DNA from: Promethearchaeia archaeon
GTDB lineage: Archaea > Asgardarchaeota > Lokiarchaeia > Sigyniarchaeales > SOKP01
NCBI GenBank assembly: GCA_046497275.1
Contig: JAWOFX010000006.1
Location: 1 to 25,203, forward strand
Direction: 5' to 3'
DNA length: 25,203 nt
Within the stretch, counting starts at the first letter, position 1, and every line of letters starts with the position of its first letter. Of the stretch, positions 9,412 through 18,231 are shown piece after piece. The notes beneath the pieces were generated by a model. That model saw only the letters and a list, made by a program, of their open reading frames with translations, searched no databases and was not told the origin of the DNA. Position numbers and translations under genes: made by a program.

Positions 9412-10683
9412 TTATTGAGTTAGGTACAAGAATCGTTCTAAATAATACATCCATACTTGTCCGATATTTGTACTAAGAACAAAATCACTGGCATGGCCCG
9501 CAAACGGAAATTTCAGCAAACAACATTTAACGCCTTTTTCTTCCATATTTTTTTCTAATTTTATAACATTTTCTATTGAAACTTGACTATCACTCGTCCC
9601 TTGGAAGAATAAGGCGGGAGGATCCGATGGATCTGAGATATGAGAAAGATTATATGCATTATAAATTTCTGGATTCAGTGTACGATTTACTCTCAAGAGG
9701 GCTGCGGGAGCTGCTGATGGACTATATAAAGGGATAATTCCTTTTACTTCGATGTTTGGATTGAAAGTACTGTTATGATAATCATAATTGTTTCCTAAAC
9801 CAGCTACTCCTGCTAAATGAGCTCCAGCTGAGCGTCCCATATAATAAAAAGATTTGATATTACCCCCATAAGTGGCGGCGTATTCGTCAACACATTTATT
9901 AACAAAAATTCCGATATGACGTATTTGATCTTGAATTGTAAAATTACCTTTTAAATATTCTGGAGTATCTGGAGCTTCCGCAACATATTCAAACCAATCA
10001 ATTAATCCATACTCAATATCAAATACAATGTATCCTTGACTCGCCAAATATTTACTTGTTGAAATCATATTCCACGTTCCTTTTCCTCCAGACATCCATG
10101 CTCCAGGATGTAGATTCACAATTATACTTCCATTTCCAGGTAGTTCATTCGCAGGTTTAATTGGGCTATAGACATCGAAATAAAGAGAGATATTCTCTCC
10201 TGTATAGAAGAGAACATCCTTATCTATTTGTACTGAATCTTTCGGTATCGTTAAGAAATGTGATGATAATAAATATGGAGTGGGAAGAAATTGCCTTTTA
10301 ACATCATTAGGAATATATGTTTCCCAATCAGAACCAAATACTTCTTGGAATTCTGATTCTGCATTTGTAATAGTATAAGGAGTTGCGAAGAAGGACATTA
10401 AATTTAATCCAGAAATTGATAATGCGATAAATAGAATTGCGTAAAATTGTTTTGGGTGCGATTTTCTTCTTAAACTTAAGAGTTTCATTAAAATTAAAGA
10501 GACAGATACACATAATCCAGCAACCAATACAGAACTCTGAGCAACAAATTCTTCTATAACTATAGTTATTCCTCTAATTTGCTTCCCTCCAACTATTAAC
10601 ATATATATCCAAAAAGTACCGAATAAAAGAATGAGAATACAAAAAACACCCATGAGAAATTTTAAGACTTTAATTTTATTCAA
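9412..10683 (-). CDS. Membrane-anchored alpha/beta hydrolase (HSL/BD-FAE-like esterase/lipase), about 423 aa
   Basis: Oxyanion motif HPGAWMSG, nucleophile GRSAG, acid QGTSD and His in AGH; three N-terminal hydrophobic helices. Start re-assigned from 10758 to TTG at 10683, which follows a GGAGG SD motif and overlaps the upstream stop by 8 nt. Confidence 0.85.
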   Translation of the reverse strand: MNKIKVLKFLMGVFCILILLFGTFWIYMLIVGGKQIRGITIVIEEFVAQSSVLVAGLCVSVSLILMKLLSLRRKSHPKQFYAILFIALSISGLNLMSFFATPYTITNAESEFQEVFGSDWETYIPNDVKRQFLPTPYLLSSHFLTIPKDSVQIDKDVLFYTGENISLYFDVYSPIKPANELPGNGSIIVNLHPGAWMSGGKGTWNMISTSKYLASQGYIVFDIEYGLIDWFEYVAEAPDTPEYLKGNFTIQDQIRHIGIFVNKCVDEYAATYGGNIKSFYYMGRSAGAHLAGVAGLGNNYDYHNSTFNPNIEVKGIIPLYSPSAAPAALLRVNRTLNPEIYNAYNLSHISDPSDPPALFFQGTSDSQVSIENVIKLEKNMEEKGVKCCLLKFPFAGHASDFVLSTNIGQVWMYYLERFLYLTQ

Positions 10684-11110
10684 TTTTCCAAACCTCCCTA
10701 CGTTGAAGACTTTTATAGTTTTTAAAAGAGAAAATTGAGCCAAAAATAAAAAGTCCAAAAAAACCGCAGAAAATCAGAGAAAACTGAAGTAAAGGAGAGA
10801 ACCAATTTGCATTTAAAAAGAATAAACCAGCTACTAAAAGAAGAATAGCAATAATTTGAAAAAATAGATATCCATAACTCAGTAAATTAAGTTTCTTACC
10901 CATTTCTGTAGTTTTAACAGTTTTATATTCATCGAGAACAATTAAAGAAATATTAAAAAGCCACGCTAACAAAATAACAATACTCAACAGAAGTCCGTAG
11001 AAAAGAATAAGTCCTAAAAAATAATGAAGGATTCCAAGTATAATAGTTGAAATATTAAGTCCTATAGTAATTTCTGCGTAGATTTTAATATATTTTATAT
11101 TTAGATTCAA
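10676..11110 (-). CDS. Hypothetical 4-TM membrane protein, 144 aa
   Basis: Four hydrophobic helices, TTG start, stop codon overlapping the hydrolase start (translational coupling). Confidence 0.75.
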   Translation of the reverse strand: MNLNIKYIKIYAEITIGLNISTIILGILHYFLGLILFYGLLLSIVILLAWLFNISLIVLDEYKTVKTTEMGKKLNLLSYGYLFFQIIAILLLVAGLFFLNANWFSPLLQFSLIFCGFFGLFIFGSIFSFKNYKSLQRREVWKIE

Positions 11111-11547
11111 ATTAGAAACACCTTTTAATTATTTTATAAGAAATACTTTCTAATTAAAACTCAATCTTTAAGTATATAAAATTTTAATTTCAATAAGCCA
11201 ATTCATAATTTAATAAATAAAGCAAAGAGACTAAAGAAAAAAACTAGTGAAAGAGATATAGAGATTTAAAAATCAATAAAGTATATGATATTTTTTTAAA
11301 AATAATTATAAGTTCAAACTTAAAACTTTTCTTAATGAGTATACAATAATTATATTCCAACCGATTTTAATTATCACGTTCTGCTAATTCAAGAGTTTGG
11401 CATATTCTTATTTTCTTTATGCATTTCCTCTTATGAGATATAATAGGCAAAATTATATTGGTAAAATATCAGTATAAAAATAGTTGAAAAACAATAAAAA
11501 CCATTATAAATTAATTATATTAGTTAATATTAAAGGAGAAGTGTATT

Positions 11548-12504
11548 TTGGATTTTGGATTAATTGGTGCCGTATTTAAAAATGCCAAATTAAATAAACT
11601 GCATAAAAAAGCGATTGAATTTGCAGAAAAGAAAGACTTTAAAAACGCAATCGCAAATTTTCTTAAAATTCTCGATGAGCTCCCTGACCATGCAACTACA
11701 TGGAAAAATCTCGGAACCGCTTATTATGAAGCACAAGATTATGAGAATGCAGTTCGGAGTTTTAAAAAAGCTTTATTGTACGATTCAAGTTTAAATGAAG
11801 CTAATTTTGGTCAAGCTTTCGCATTGCTCGCACTAAACAAATTATCTGAAGCTCAACCAATACTTATATCTGCGTTGAAGAAAAAACCTGACTTTGTGAT
11901 CGGATGGATAAATCTCGCTAAATTATATTGGCACCAAGGAGAACATCAAAAAGCAATTGATGAATTCTTGAAAGCTTTAAAAAGAGAACCCCAAAATGTT
12001 GATGCTATGCAAGGAATTGCTGAAGCTTATTTTAGAACGCGTCAAAATGAAAAAGCAATAGAGTATTTTGAAAAATTAACAAAAGAACTACCAGAAAATA
12101 CTCACGTACTATTAAGATTAGGAGAATTATATGGCAATAGTGAACAATTTGAGCTTGCTCGAGAGAAACTAGCTAAAGCTCTCAAGATTAACCCAAACTT
12201 TCACGATGCCTTATTCATGTTTGCCAAAATTGATATTTTAACTAACAAATTTTCAGAAGCAGTAAAAAAGCTTGAAAAATTAGCCAAAACCCATCCCAAT
12301 AATCACGAAATTTTGTTTAGTTTAGGAACGGCTCTTGGAAATGGAGGAAACGTGTCCAAAGCGATTGAAACGTTCGAAAGTGTGATAACACTTCAACCTA
12401 ATTTAGCTGAAGCATGGAAATCCTTAGCTGTGTGCTATAATCATATAGGAAACAAAGAAAAAGCCGATAAATGCGTAGCGAAATACAAAGAATTAATATC
12501 ATAA
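11548..12504 (+). CDS. Tetratricopeptide repeat protein, 318 aa (about 8 TPRs)
   Basis: Repeated 34-aa units with W/F..LG..Y...G....A...F.KAL...P; TTG start after GGAG. Confidence 0.93.
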   Translation: MDFGLIGAVFKNAKLNKLHKKAIEFAEKKDFKNAIANFLKILDELPDHATTWKNLGTAYYEAQDYENAVRSFKKALLYDSSLNEANFGQAFALLALNKLSEAQPILISALKKKPDFVIGWINLAKLYWHQGEHQKAIDEFLKALKREPQNVDAMQGIAEAYFRTRQNEKAIEYFEKLTKELPENTHVLLRLGELYGNSEQFELAREKLAKALKINPNFHDALFMFAKIDILTNKFSEAVKKLEKLAKTHPNNHEILFSLGTALGNGGNVSKAIETFESVITLQPNLAEAWKSLAVCYNHIGNKEKADKCVAKYKELIS

Positions 12505-12676
12505 GAGTTTATATTTTGGGGGCAATTTAGCTCAATAAAGAATACTCACAACTGTTTTAAAGTGGTCTGCTTAAAGCCCTATAAATTTGTTCCAATAGTC
12601 AATTCGAAAAAATCTTCGAAAACTTTCCTATGCTCATGAGTAACGTAATTTTTATTTAAGGGTCTCTATGTAATAA

Positions 12677-12883
12677 CAAGTTTATGAATTTCTTAATGCT
12701 ACTAGTAATAACACAATTCATTATAGATCTGGAGGACATGCTTTTACTAAAGAAGATTTTAAAGTCTTATTAGATGTATCTGATACATTACTCTTAGGAA
12801 AGGAACTTATAGGCAATTTCTATATGACTCCATATAATATCGATTTCCCCAATATATTATTCAGCACCAAATTAATAATTTAA
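12677..12883 (+). pseudogene. Possible start-less gene remnant, 68 open codons
   Basis: Frame reads QVYEFLNATSNNTIHYRSGGHAFTKEDFKVLLDVSDTLLLGKELIGNFYMTPYNIDFPNILFSTKLII*. It is bounded by an upstream TAA and lies in a 430-bp gap that looks more coding-like than other spacers. Confidence 0.3.
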
Positions 12884-12932
12884 AATTTTAATTTCTACTA
12901 CTTCTATTTTTTTGACAAAAGAATATAAAACT

Positions 12933-13205
12933 TTATTCAAAAGAGATTTCAAGATTATTTTTGATAGCATATTCTTTAGCTTCCTTATCAGAGTCAAATC
13001 TTTTCATAATATAATACTCACCCTTTATTCTTCTACATCCTATAGATATTTCAGTTATAGGTCTTGCTTCATTTTGGGGTTCTAAATAAACTCGAATCAA
13101 ACAAAATGAAATATCATCTTGATATTCTTTGCATTTTGTACAATGTTGTGGCCCTCTAGCACAATGGATTTTTGGCATCTTTTTTATGATATCAATATGA
13201 TCCAT
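12933..13205 (-). CDS. Small Cys/His-rich hypothetical protein, 90 aa, putative metal binder
   Basis: ATG start; HCARGPQHCTKC plus two further Cys; co-oriented downstream of the LRR gene. Confidence 0.75.
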   Translation of the reverse strand: MDHIDIIKKMPKIHCARGPQHCTKCKEYQDDISFCLIRVYLEPQNEARPITEISIGCRRIKGEYYIMKRFDSDKEAKEYAIKNNLEISFE

Positions 13206-13344
13206 AAGCGATCATATAGATATTAGTCTGTTTACATATTAAAATACTTAATTATGAAACATTAAGCCTTGTAATTTTGTTTAGAAAAATCTATTTAAAT
13301 AAATAGAAGTTAGACTTCAACCTCGAAAAAATATATCATAAAAA

Positions 13345-14949
13345 TTAAAAAAAATCAGTGATTTTAGTCTGATCCTTATTAAATAGCCAGTATTTAAACT
13401 TGTTTGTAATTTTTCCCCCCCATATTGCATTTGAGTTGTAAATTTCCTCGAAATCCTCAATTTCATCATAAGTGATTTTATTTTTTTTCATAAGTTTATT
13501 CATTTTTATAACCCATTTGGTAAAATCCTTGTATAATCTATCATCTGATCTGGATCTCGCCTTTGATTTATGAGTTTCTTCATAATAATCAACAGCCTTT
13601 TGAGTAAATCCTGTGAAATAACAATAATTTTGATCATTCCAAAACAATTCGTTCGTAGCTTCCTCATAAACTCTAATATCACAATTCCATACTTTAAGAA
13701 TCCTCAAATTTGGCAATTGGGCTAAAGTTTCTGGAATTTTTTTTAATGTCTTATTTCCAGATAAGTTTAATCGTTTTAAATTCACTAAACCTTCGATGTT
13801 TTTTAGATCGCAGATTTTGTTATTCCGAAGTGATAAATCCTCGACTGAGGTGATGTTATTGATATTTGTAATGTCCTCAATCATATTATTATCCAATCTA
13901 AGAATTTTGAGATTAATATATTTTTCAATGCCCTTCAAATCTGTAATTAAGTTATTTGATAAATCTAATTCTATAATCGTTGATATTGAGTCCTCAATAC
14001 CTTCAATACAGTCTATATCTACGATTTTTTTATCATTTAAAAATAACTTATCATCATCGAGCATACCAATTATTCTTGATTTGTATTTGATGAGTTCAAA
14101 TTCCTCTAAATTAAAAGCATCAATATTATTATTGATAAATTTAATTTTTGGAAAGGTCGAGTTTTTTTTGTAGTGATTATACAATAATAAAGCTAATTCA
14201 TTTTGTTTATCATCGGGGATTCTTTGTTTTATTTTTGAAAATATTAATGGAATATGTTTTATATTAAAATTATTGAGAATTCCTTGAAATAGAGAAAAGA
14301 GATATTGATTTGAGTATCGTTGCGGTTGATTAAAATATGTATTTAAATTTCTAACAAAATTATCTAAAAAAGAGAGACTTAAATCATCCATAATGCTTTC
14401 TAATTCATCGCTAGATAAGTGTCGCAAATAATTTTCCTGTATTAAGTAATTTATAACTGTTGGATGATTACTTGCTAATCTTAAAGCAATCTCCTCTTTA
14501 AATACTTTTTTTGCTTCTGGGTCACCAACTTCGACTAATCTCTTGAGTAAAGGGAATGCTAAATTTCTATGTAAAATACGAGTGTCATATCCGTTTTCTG
14601 CCCAAGCAGTTATATTAGAACAGTGACCCCAGAATTCAACTTCTGGTGTTATTCCATGCTGTCCCACTCTATTTCCCTCCATTGAGCGATCTAAATGTTC
14701 GGCAGCTTTATCAATAGAATCAATATCTTCATAATCTCTTATTTTATCCATAGGGATATTTAATAAAAGGTACATACACTGACGAAATCTTTGATTTTTA
14801 ACATAAATATTGGTCACTCCATTCTCAAGTTTAAGCTTTATATATTCATTTACTTTATATTCTTTTTTAGGAGATGGATTTCTAACTATAGTGAAAAATG
14901 TAATCATAAATAAAACAAAAGTCGATAGAATTATTTTAAGGTAATTCAT
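13345..14949 (-). CDS. Multidomain leucine-rich repeat protein with unnamed N-terminal domain and C-terminal PIP box, 534 aa
   Basis: About 5 LxxLxLxxNxI repeats. N-terminal block KEYKVNEYIKLKL...FWGHCSN..AW.EN.YDTRILHRNLAFPLL, recalled as typical of expanded lokiarchaeal paralogues. The protein ends in QTKITDFF. Confidence 0.9.
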   Translation of the reverse strand: MNYLKIILSTFVLFMITFFTIVRNPSPKKEYKVNEYIKLKLENGVTNIYVKNQRFRQCMYLLLNIPMDKIRDYEDIDSIDKAAEHLDRSMEGNRVGQHGITPEVEFWGHCSNITAWAENGYDTRILHRNLAFPLLKRLVEVGDPEAKKVFKEEIALRLASNHPTVINYLIQENYLRHLSSDELESIMDDLSLSFLDNFVRNLNTYFNQPQRYSNQYLFSLFQGILNNFNIKHIPLIFSKIKQRIPDDKQNELALLLYNHYKKNSTFPKIKFINNNIDAFNLEEFELIKYKSRIIGMLDDDKLFLNDKKIVDIDCIEGIEDSISTIIELDLSNNLITDLKGIEKYINLKILRLDNNMIEDITNINNITSVEDLSLRNNKICDLKNIEGLVNLKRLNLSGNKTLKKIPETLAQLPNLRILKVWNCDIRVYEEATNELFWNDQNYCYFTGFTQKAVDYYEETHKSKARSRSDDRLYKDFTKWVIKMNKLMKKNKITYDEIEDFEEIYNSNAIWGGKITNKFKYWLFNKDQTKITDFF

Positions 14950-15235
14950 TTAAACTAAGCCTGGTTTTTTTGATTCTTTCATTTGGATTTTTGATTAGAA
15001 TTAAAAAGATTTGAAGAAATTTTTTAATTTAAATTACCAGAGAGAGTGGATTTTTCATTTGTTATTTATGCTGTCTTTTCTAATTCTATAAATTTTCTTA
15101 AAATTTATCTAAATTTCTTATTATTTCCAAAATTACGATTTTTTTAGAAAGAGAGAGATGTTATAAAAAAGATCTCAAGAAATTTGTTTTTATTATAAGA
15201 AATTTTAAAAGTTTCTAATTCTTGCAATTGAAACA

Positions 15236-16231
15236 ATGGATTATGTTATTCATAATAGAAAAAAATTTGAAGTTATAGAAAGTCATTTAGATCTTTCAGC
15301 AAAAGGCATTGTGGATATCAAAAATATTGATGGTTTAGAAAAATTATCCGATTTAAAGAGTCTTGACTTAAGTTATAATGATATAAAGCATATCGAAGGA
15401 TTAAATACTTTAAATGGTTTAGAATATTTAGATCTCTCGTCTAATCAAATTGGTAAAATTCAGAATCTTAATCAGTTACCAAATCTAAGAAGATTATATC
15501 TGGACAATAATCTTATAATCAAAATTGAAGGATTAGATAACCAGAAGGATTTAGAAATTCTTGAATTAAGTGGTAATAATTTAAGATTAATCTCTAATAT
15601 AGACCATCTATACAAGCTTGATATGTTGAAAGTGAATATGAATAGAATTTTTGAGTTAAGTGGATTTAATAATCTAAAGAGTCTTACGAAACTTTATCTG
15701 GAACATAATGAGATAACCACAATTGAAAATCTTGATAATTTAAGTAATCTTAAGGTACTCAATTTAAATGATAATGAAATAAAGAAAGTAGAAAATCTAG
15801 AAGAATTATATCGCTTAGAAGCCCTAATATTAGGCAATAATTATATTCCTGAGATCTCTGGATTAAATGAACAATTTAAATTAATGCTACTTAATTTCGA
15901 AAATAATAAAATCTTAGAAATAAGGGGTTTGGATGATTGTGACGATTTACACATACTTAATCTCTCAAAAAATAAAATTTTAGAAGTGAAAACGGGAGAT
16001 TTATCAAAATTGAAAAATTTAGTAAATTTAGATTTAAGTAACAATAAAATAAAAAAAATTGAGGGCTTAAAAGATTTAAACCATCTTAGAATTCTCAATT
16101 TAAAAAATAATCAAATAGAGAATTTCGATGTTCTAAAATCTCTACCAGAATTAGAAACTGTTTATCTTCAAAATAATGAGATTTCTTCAGCGGAGCTAAA
16201 AGATCTTGAGGATGAATTCGAGAACAAATAA
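15236..16231 (+). CDS. SDS22/internalin-like leucine-rich repeat protein, 331 aa
   Basis: About 13 consecutive ~22-aa repeats (LxxLxLxxNxIxxIxxL) plus a degenerate first repeat; no other domain. Confidence 0.95.
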   Translation: MDYVIHNRKKFEVIESHLDLSAKGIVDIKNIDGLEKLSDLKSLDLSYNDIKHIEGLNTLNGLEYLDLSSNQIGKIQNLNQLPNLRRLYLDNNLIIKIEGLDNQKDLEILELSGNNLRLISNIDHLYKLDMLKVNMNRIFELSGFNNLKSLTKLYLEHNEITTIENLDNLSNLKVLNLNDNEIKKVENLEELYRLEALILGNNYIPEISGLNEQFKLMLLNFENNKILEIRGLDDCDDLHILNLSKNKILEVKTGDLSKLKNLVNLDLSNNKIKKIEGLKDLNHLRILNLKNNQIENFDVLKSLPELETVYLQNNEISSAELKDLEDEFENK

Positions 16232-16300
16232 ATAAGTTTTGAAGAAGAATTCTAAGAAAAATTTTTTCAAATTTGATTATAACTAGGAATTTGAATATAA

Positions 16301-16579
16301 TTATTATATATACACTCTTTATTATTCATAATCTTTTTTAGTATAATTTGGGAATTAACCGAGAATATAGTATTAATAAGATTTAATATTAAATTTGGAA
16401 ATAGAAAAGACAGTTTTTTTAATTCAGGAATGGATGTAATTTTTTTTTTGATTGGAGGATGTATTGGATTGATAAGTTTTTATTTAGAATTTAGATTTTT
16501 TCTAATTCTTATGTTATCCATTCTTTATGGAATGTTAGTTATCTCTTTTATATACTATATAAGAATCAAAAGTAAATGA
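16301..16579 (+). pseudogene. DUF2585-like membrane protein, 5'-truncated or start-less (92 open codons; internal ATG at 16430)
   Basis: Not in the ORF track. Frame reads ...IIFFSIIWELTENIVLIRFNIKFGNRKDSFFNSGMDVIFFLIGGCIG...; the WExxEN and DSxxNSxxD motifs flanked by TM helices match this family. The expected N-terminal His-containing helix and a start codon are missing. Confidence 0.55.
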
Positions 16580-16676
16580 ATATAGGATTTATTGATAATA
16601 TACGCAATTATAAAAATTTAAATTTTTCTTATATCCTTCTTTTTCCTAGTTAATATTTTAATCATATGAATTTAGT

Positions 16677-17642
16677 ATGGCAGAACTAATTGGTTATTTA
16701 CTTGCTCTCAACGCGATTATCACCTGGGGATTAGCCTCATTAGTGTATAAATTTGGATTAGGAAAAACAGAAGCAAAGGCAAATTTATTCTTTAGATTGG
16801 TAATCGTGTCTTTTGCAACTTTTATTTTTTCTTTATTTTTTGGAGATTATCTTTTTCTTACAAATCTTAATAATCAAGATTTATTGTGGTATTTATTAAT
16901 GTGTATCTTGTCTGGAGTTTCTGTCACTATAGGAGATCTATTATATTTCTTTGCCCTCAAAAAAATAGATGCTTCGAGAGCATATCCATTGACTCAATTA
17001 TCTTTAGTTTTTGTGTACCCACTTGCTTTTATCTTTTTTCAGGAACAAATAACATCTTCGATATTAATAGGAGGGCTCTTAATATTATCTAGCGTATTTT
17101 TTTTAAGCAAGAAAGATAAACCTAAAGAAAGTGCATTCTATGAAGTTAATGAGAATCAAAAAAAGGAAAAAGATGAAGAGGATGAGATTATTTCACGAGA
17201 ATTACTATTAGGAGTAATTATGGCTGTCGCAACTGCTTTTTTTTGGGCATTGGCGATTGTGAGTTTTAATCAAGCACGGATATATTCAAATGAAGTATTT
17301 ACAACTAATTTTATACGTGTATTATTTGGGATGATTATGATTGGGATTTTGGGATTATTCGACCATGACTTTTTCTTAGGGTTTAAAAAACAAAATAGAA
17401 AAAATCTAAAATATTTCTTATATATCGGAATTGCAGGATCCCTTTCATTAGGGTTGGCAGATTCTTTCTTCTATAAAGCTGCCGAGATTAATGGTTTAGT
17501 TTTAACATCCACTATCACCGCTAATACACCAATGGTACAGCAAATATTCTCTCTAACATTACTAAAAGAAAAATTTCGAAAACGATTTGTAGTTGCTATT
17601 GCTTTGATTATAGTTGGAAATTACATTATTTTATTTTTATAA
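16677..17642 (+). CDS. EamA/DMT family transporter, 321 aa
   Basis: About 10 TM helices in two EamA repeats (ALKKIDASRAYPL; LLKEKFRKR) joined by a charged linker. Confidence 0.92.
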   Translation: MAELIGYLLALNAIITWGLASLVYKFGLGKTEAKANLFFRLVIVSFATFIFSLFFGDYLFLTNLNNQDLLWYLLMCILSGVSVTIGDLLYFFALKKIDASRAYPLTQLSLVFVYPLAFIFFQEQITSSILIGGLLILSSVFFLSKKDKPKESAFYEVNENQKKEKDEEDEIISRELLLGVIMAVATAFFWALAIVSFNQARIYSNEVFTTNFIRVLFGMIMIGILGLFDHDFFLGFKKQNRKNLKYFLYIGIAGSLSLGLADSFFYKAAEINGLVLTSTITANTPMVQQIFSLTLLKEKFRKRFVVAIALIIVGNYIILFL

Positions 17643-17652
17643 AACATCTCTC

Positions 17653-18069
17653 TTACTCTTCTTGGAGTATATCAGCAACTAATCCCAAATAGTCCCCATA
17701 TGCAATAGTATTTTGAAGATCGCCTTCTATTTGAAGATCACCTGACATATAAGCAGAAGTACCATCAATTTCTCCAATCATCATACCTGACATAGTTTCC
17801 CAGTTAGCAGACATAGTAAATGAGGGATCTTCCGCCTCCCCTTTGCTAAAATCATATACTCCATCACCCATTTTCACCCACCATTTGAAATCTTTATCCG
17901 AGATTATCATTTGACCCACAAATTGATTTATATCCGCTAACTCCTCTTTTAAATCCTCGATCTCTGAGGATGCTTGTTTAAAAAGCTCATTTAAGATTAA
18001 AATGTCTTCGGGACCCTCCATACCTTCTTCCATAAGTTTTGAAACTTCTTTTATTAAATTTTCGTCCAT
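17653..18069 (-). CDS. SCP2 sterol/lipid carrier domain protein, 138 aa
   Basis: WWVKMGDG....KGEAEDPSFTM and AYMSGDLQIEGD match the SCP2 pattern; very acidic. Confidence 0.88.
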   Translation of the reverse strand: MDENLIKEVSKLMEEGMEGPEDILILNELFKQASSEIEDLKEELADINQFVGQMIISDKDFKWWVKMGDGVYDFSKGEAEDPSFTMSANWETMSGMMIGEIDGTSAYMSGDLQIEGDLQNTIAYGDYLGLVADILQEE

Positions 18070-18231
18070 ATTCTCACCTATTTTATTATATTTAGTTATT
18101 TATAATTCATTTATTGTATATAAAGATTTTAATAGAAAATAGCTAAATTTCATGATTTTCTTTTTTGACTTAGATTTAATTATTATTAAAAATTATTATA
18201 TCTTGCTTTTCTAATTGTAGATGATTTTGAA

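Noticed and set aside
10684-10758. Extended N-terminus of the hydrolase given in the ORF track
   Set aside because: It would overlap the upstream gene by 83 nt. TTG at 10683 with a GGAGG SD motif is the better start.
13345-16231. Diversity-generating retroelement or recent duplication acting on the LRR genes
   Set aside because: No reverse transcriptase and no adenine-variable nucleotide repeat pair were seen. The two LRR genes resemble each other only at the protein level.
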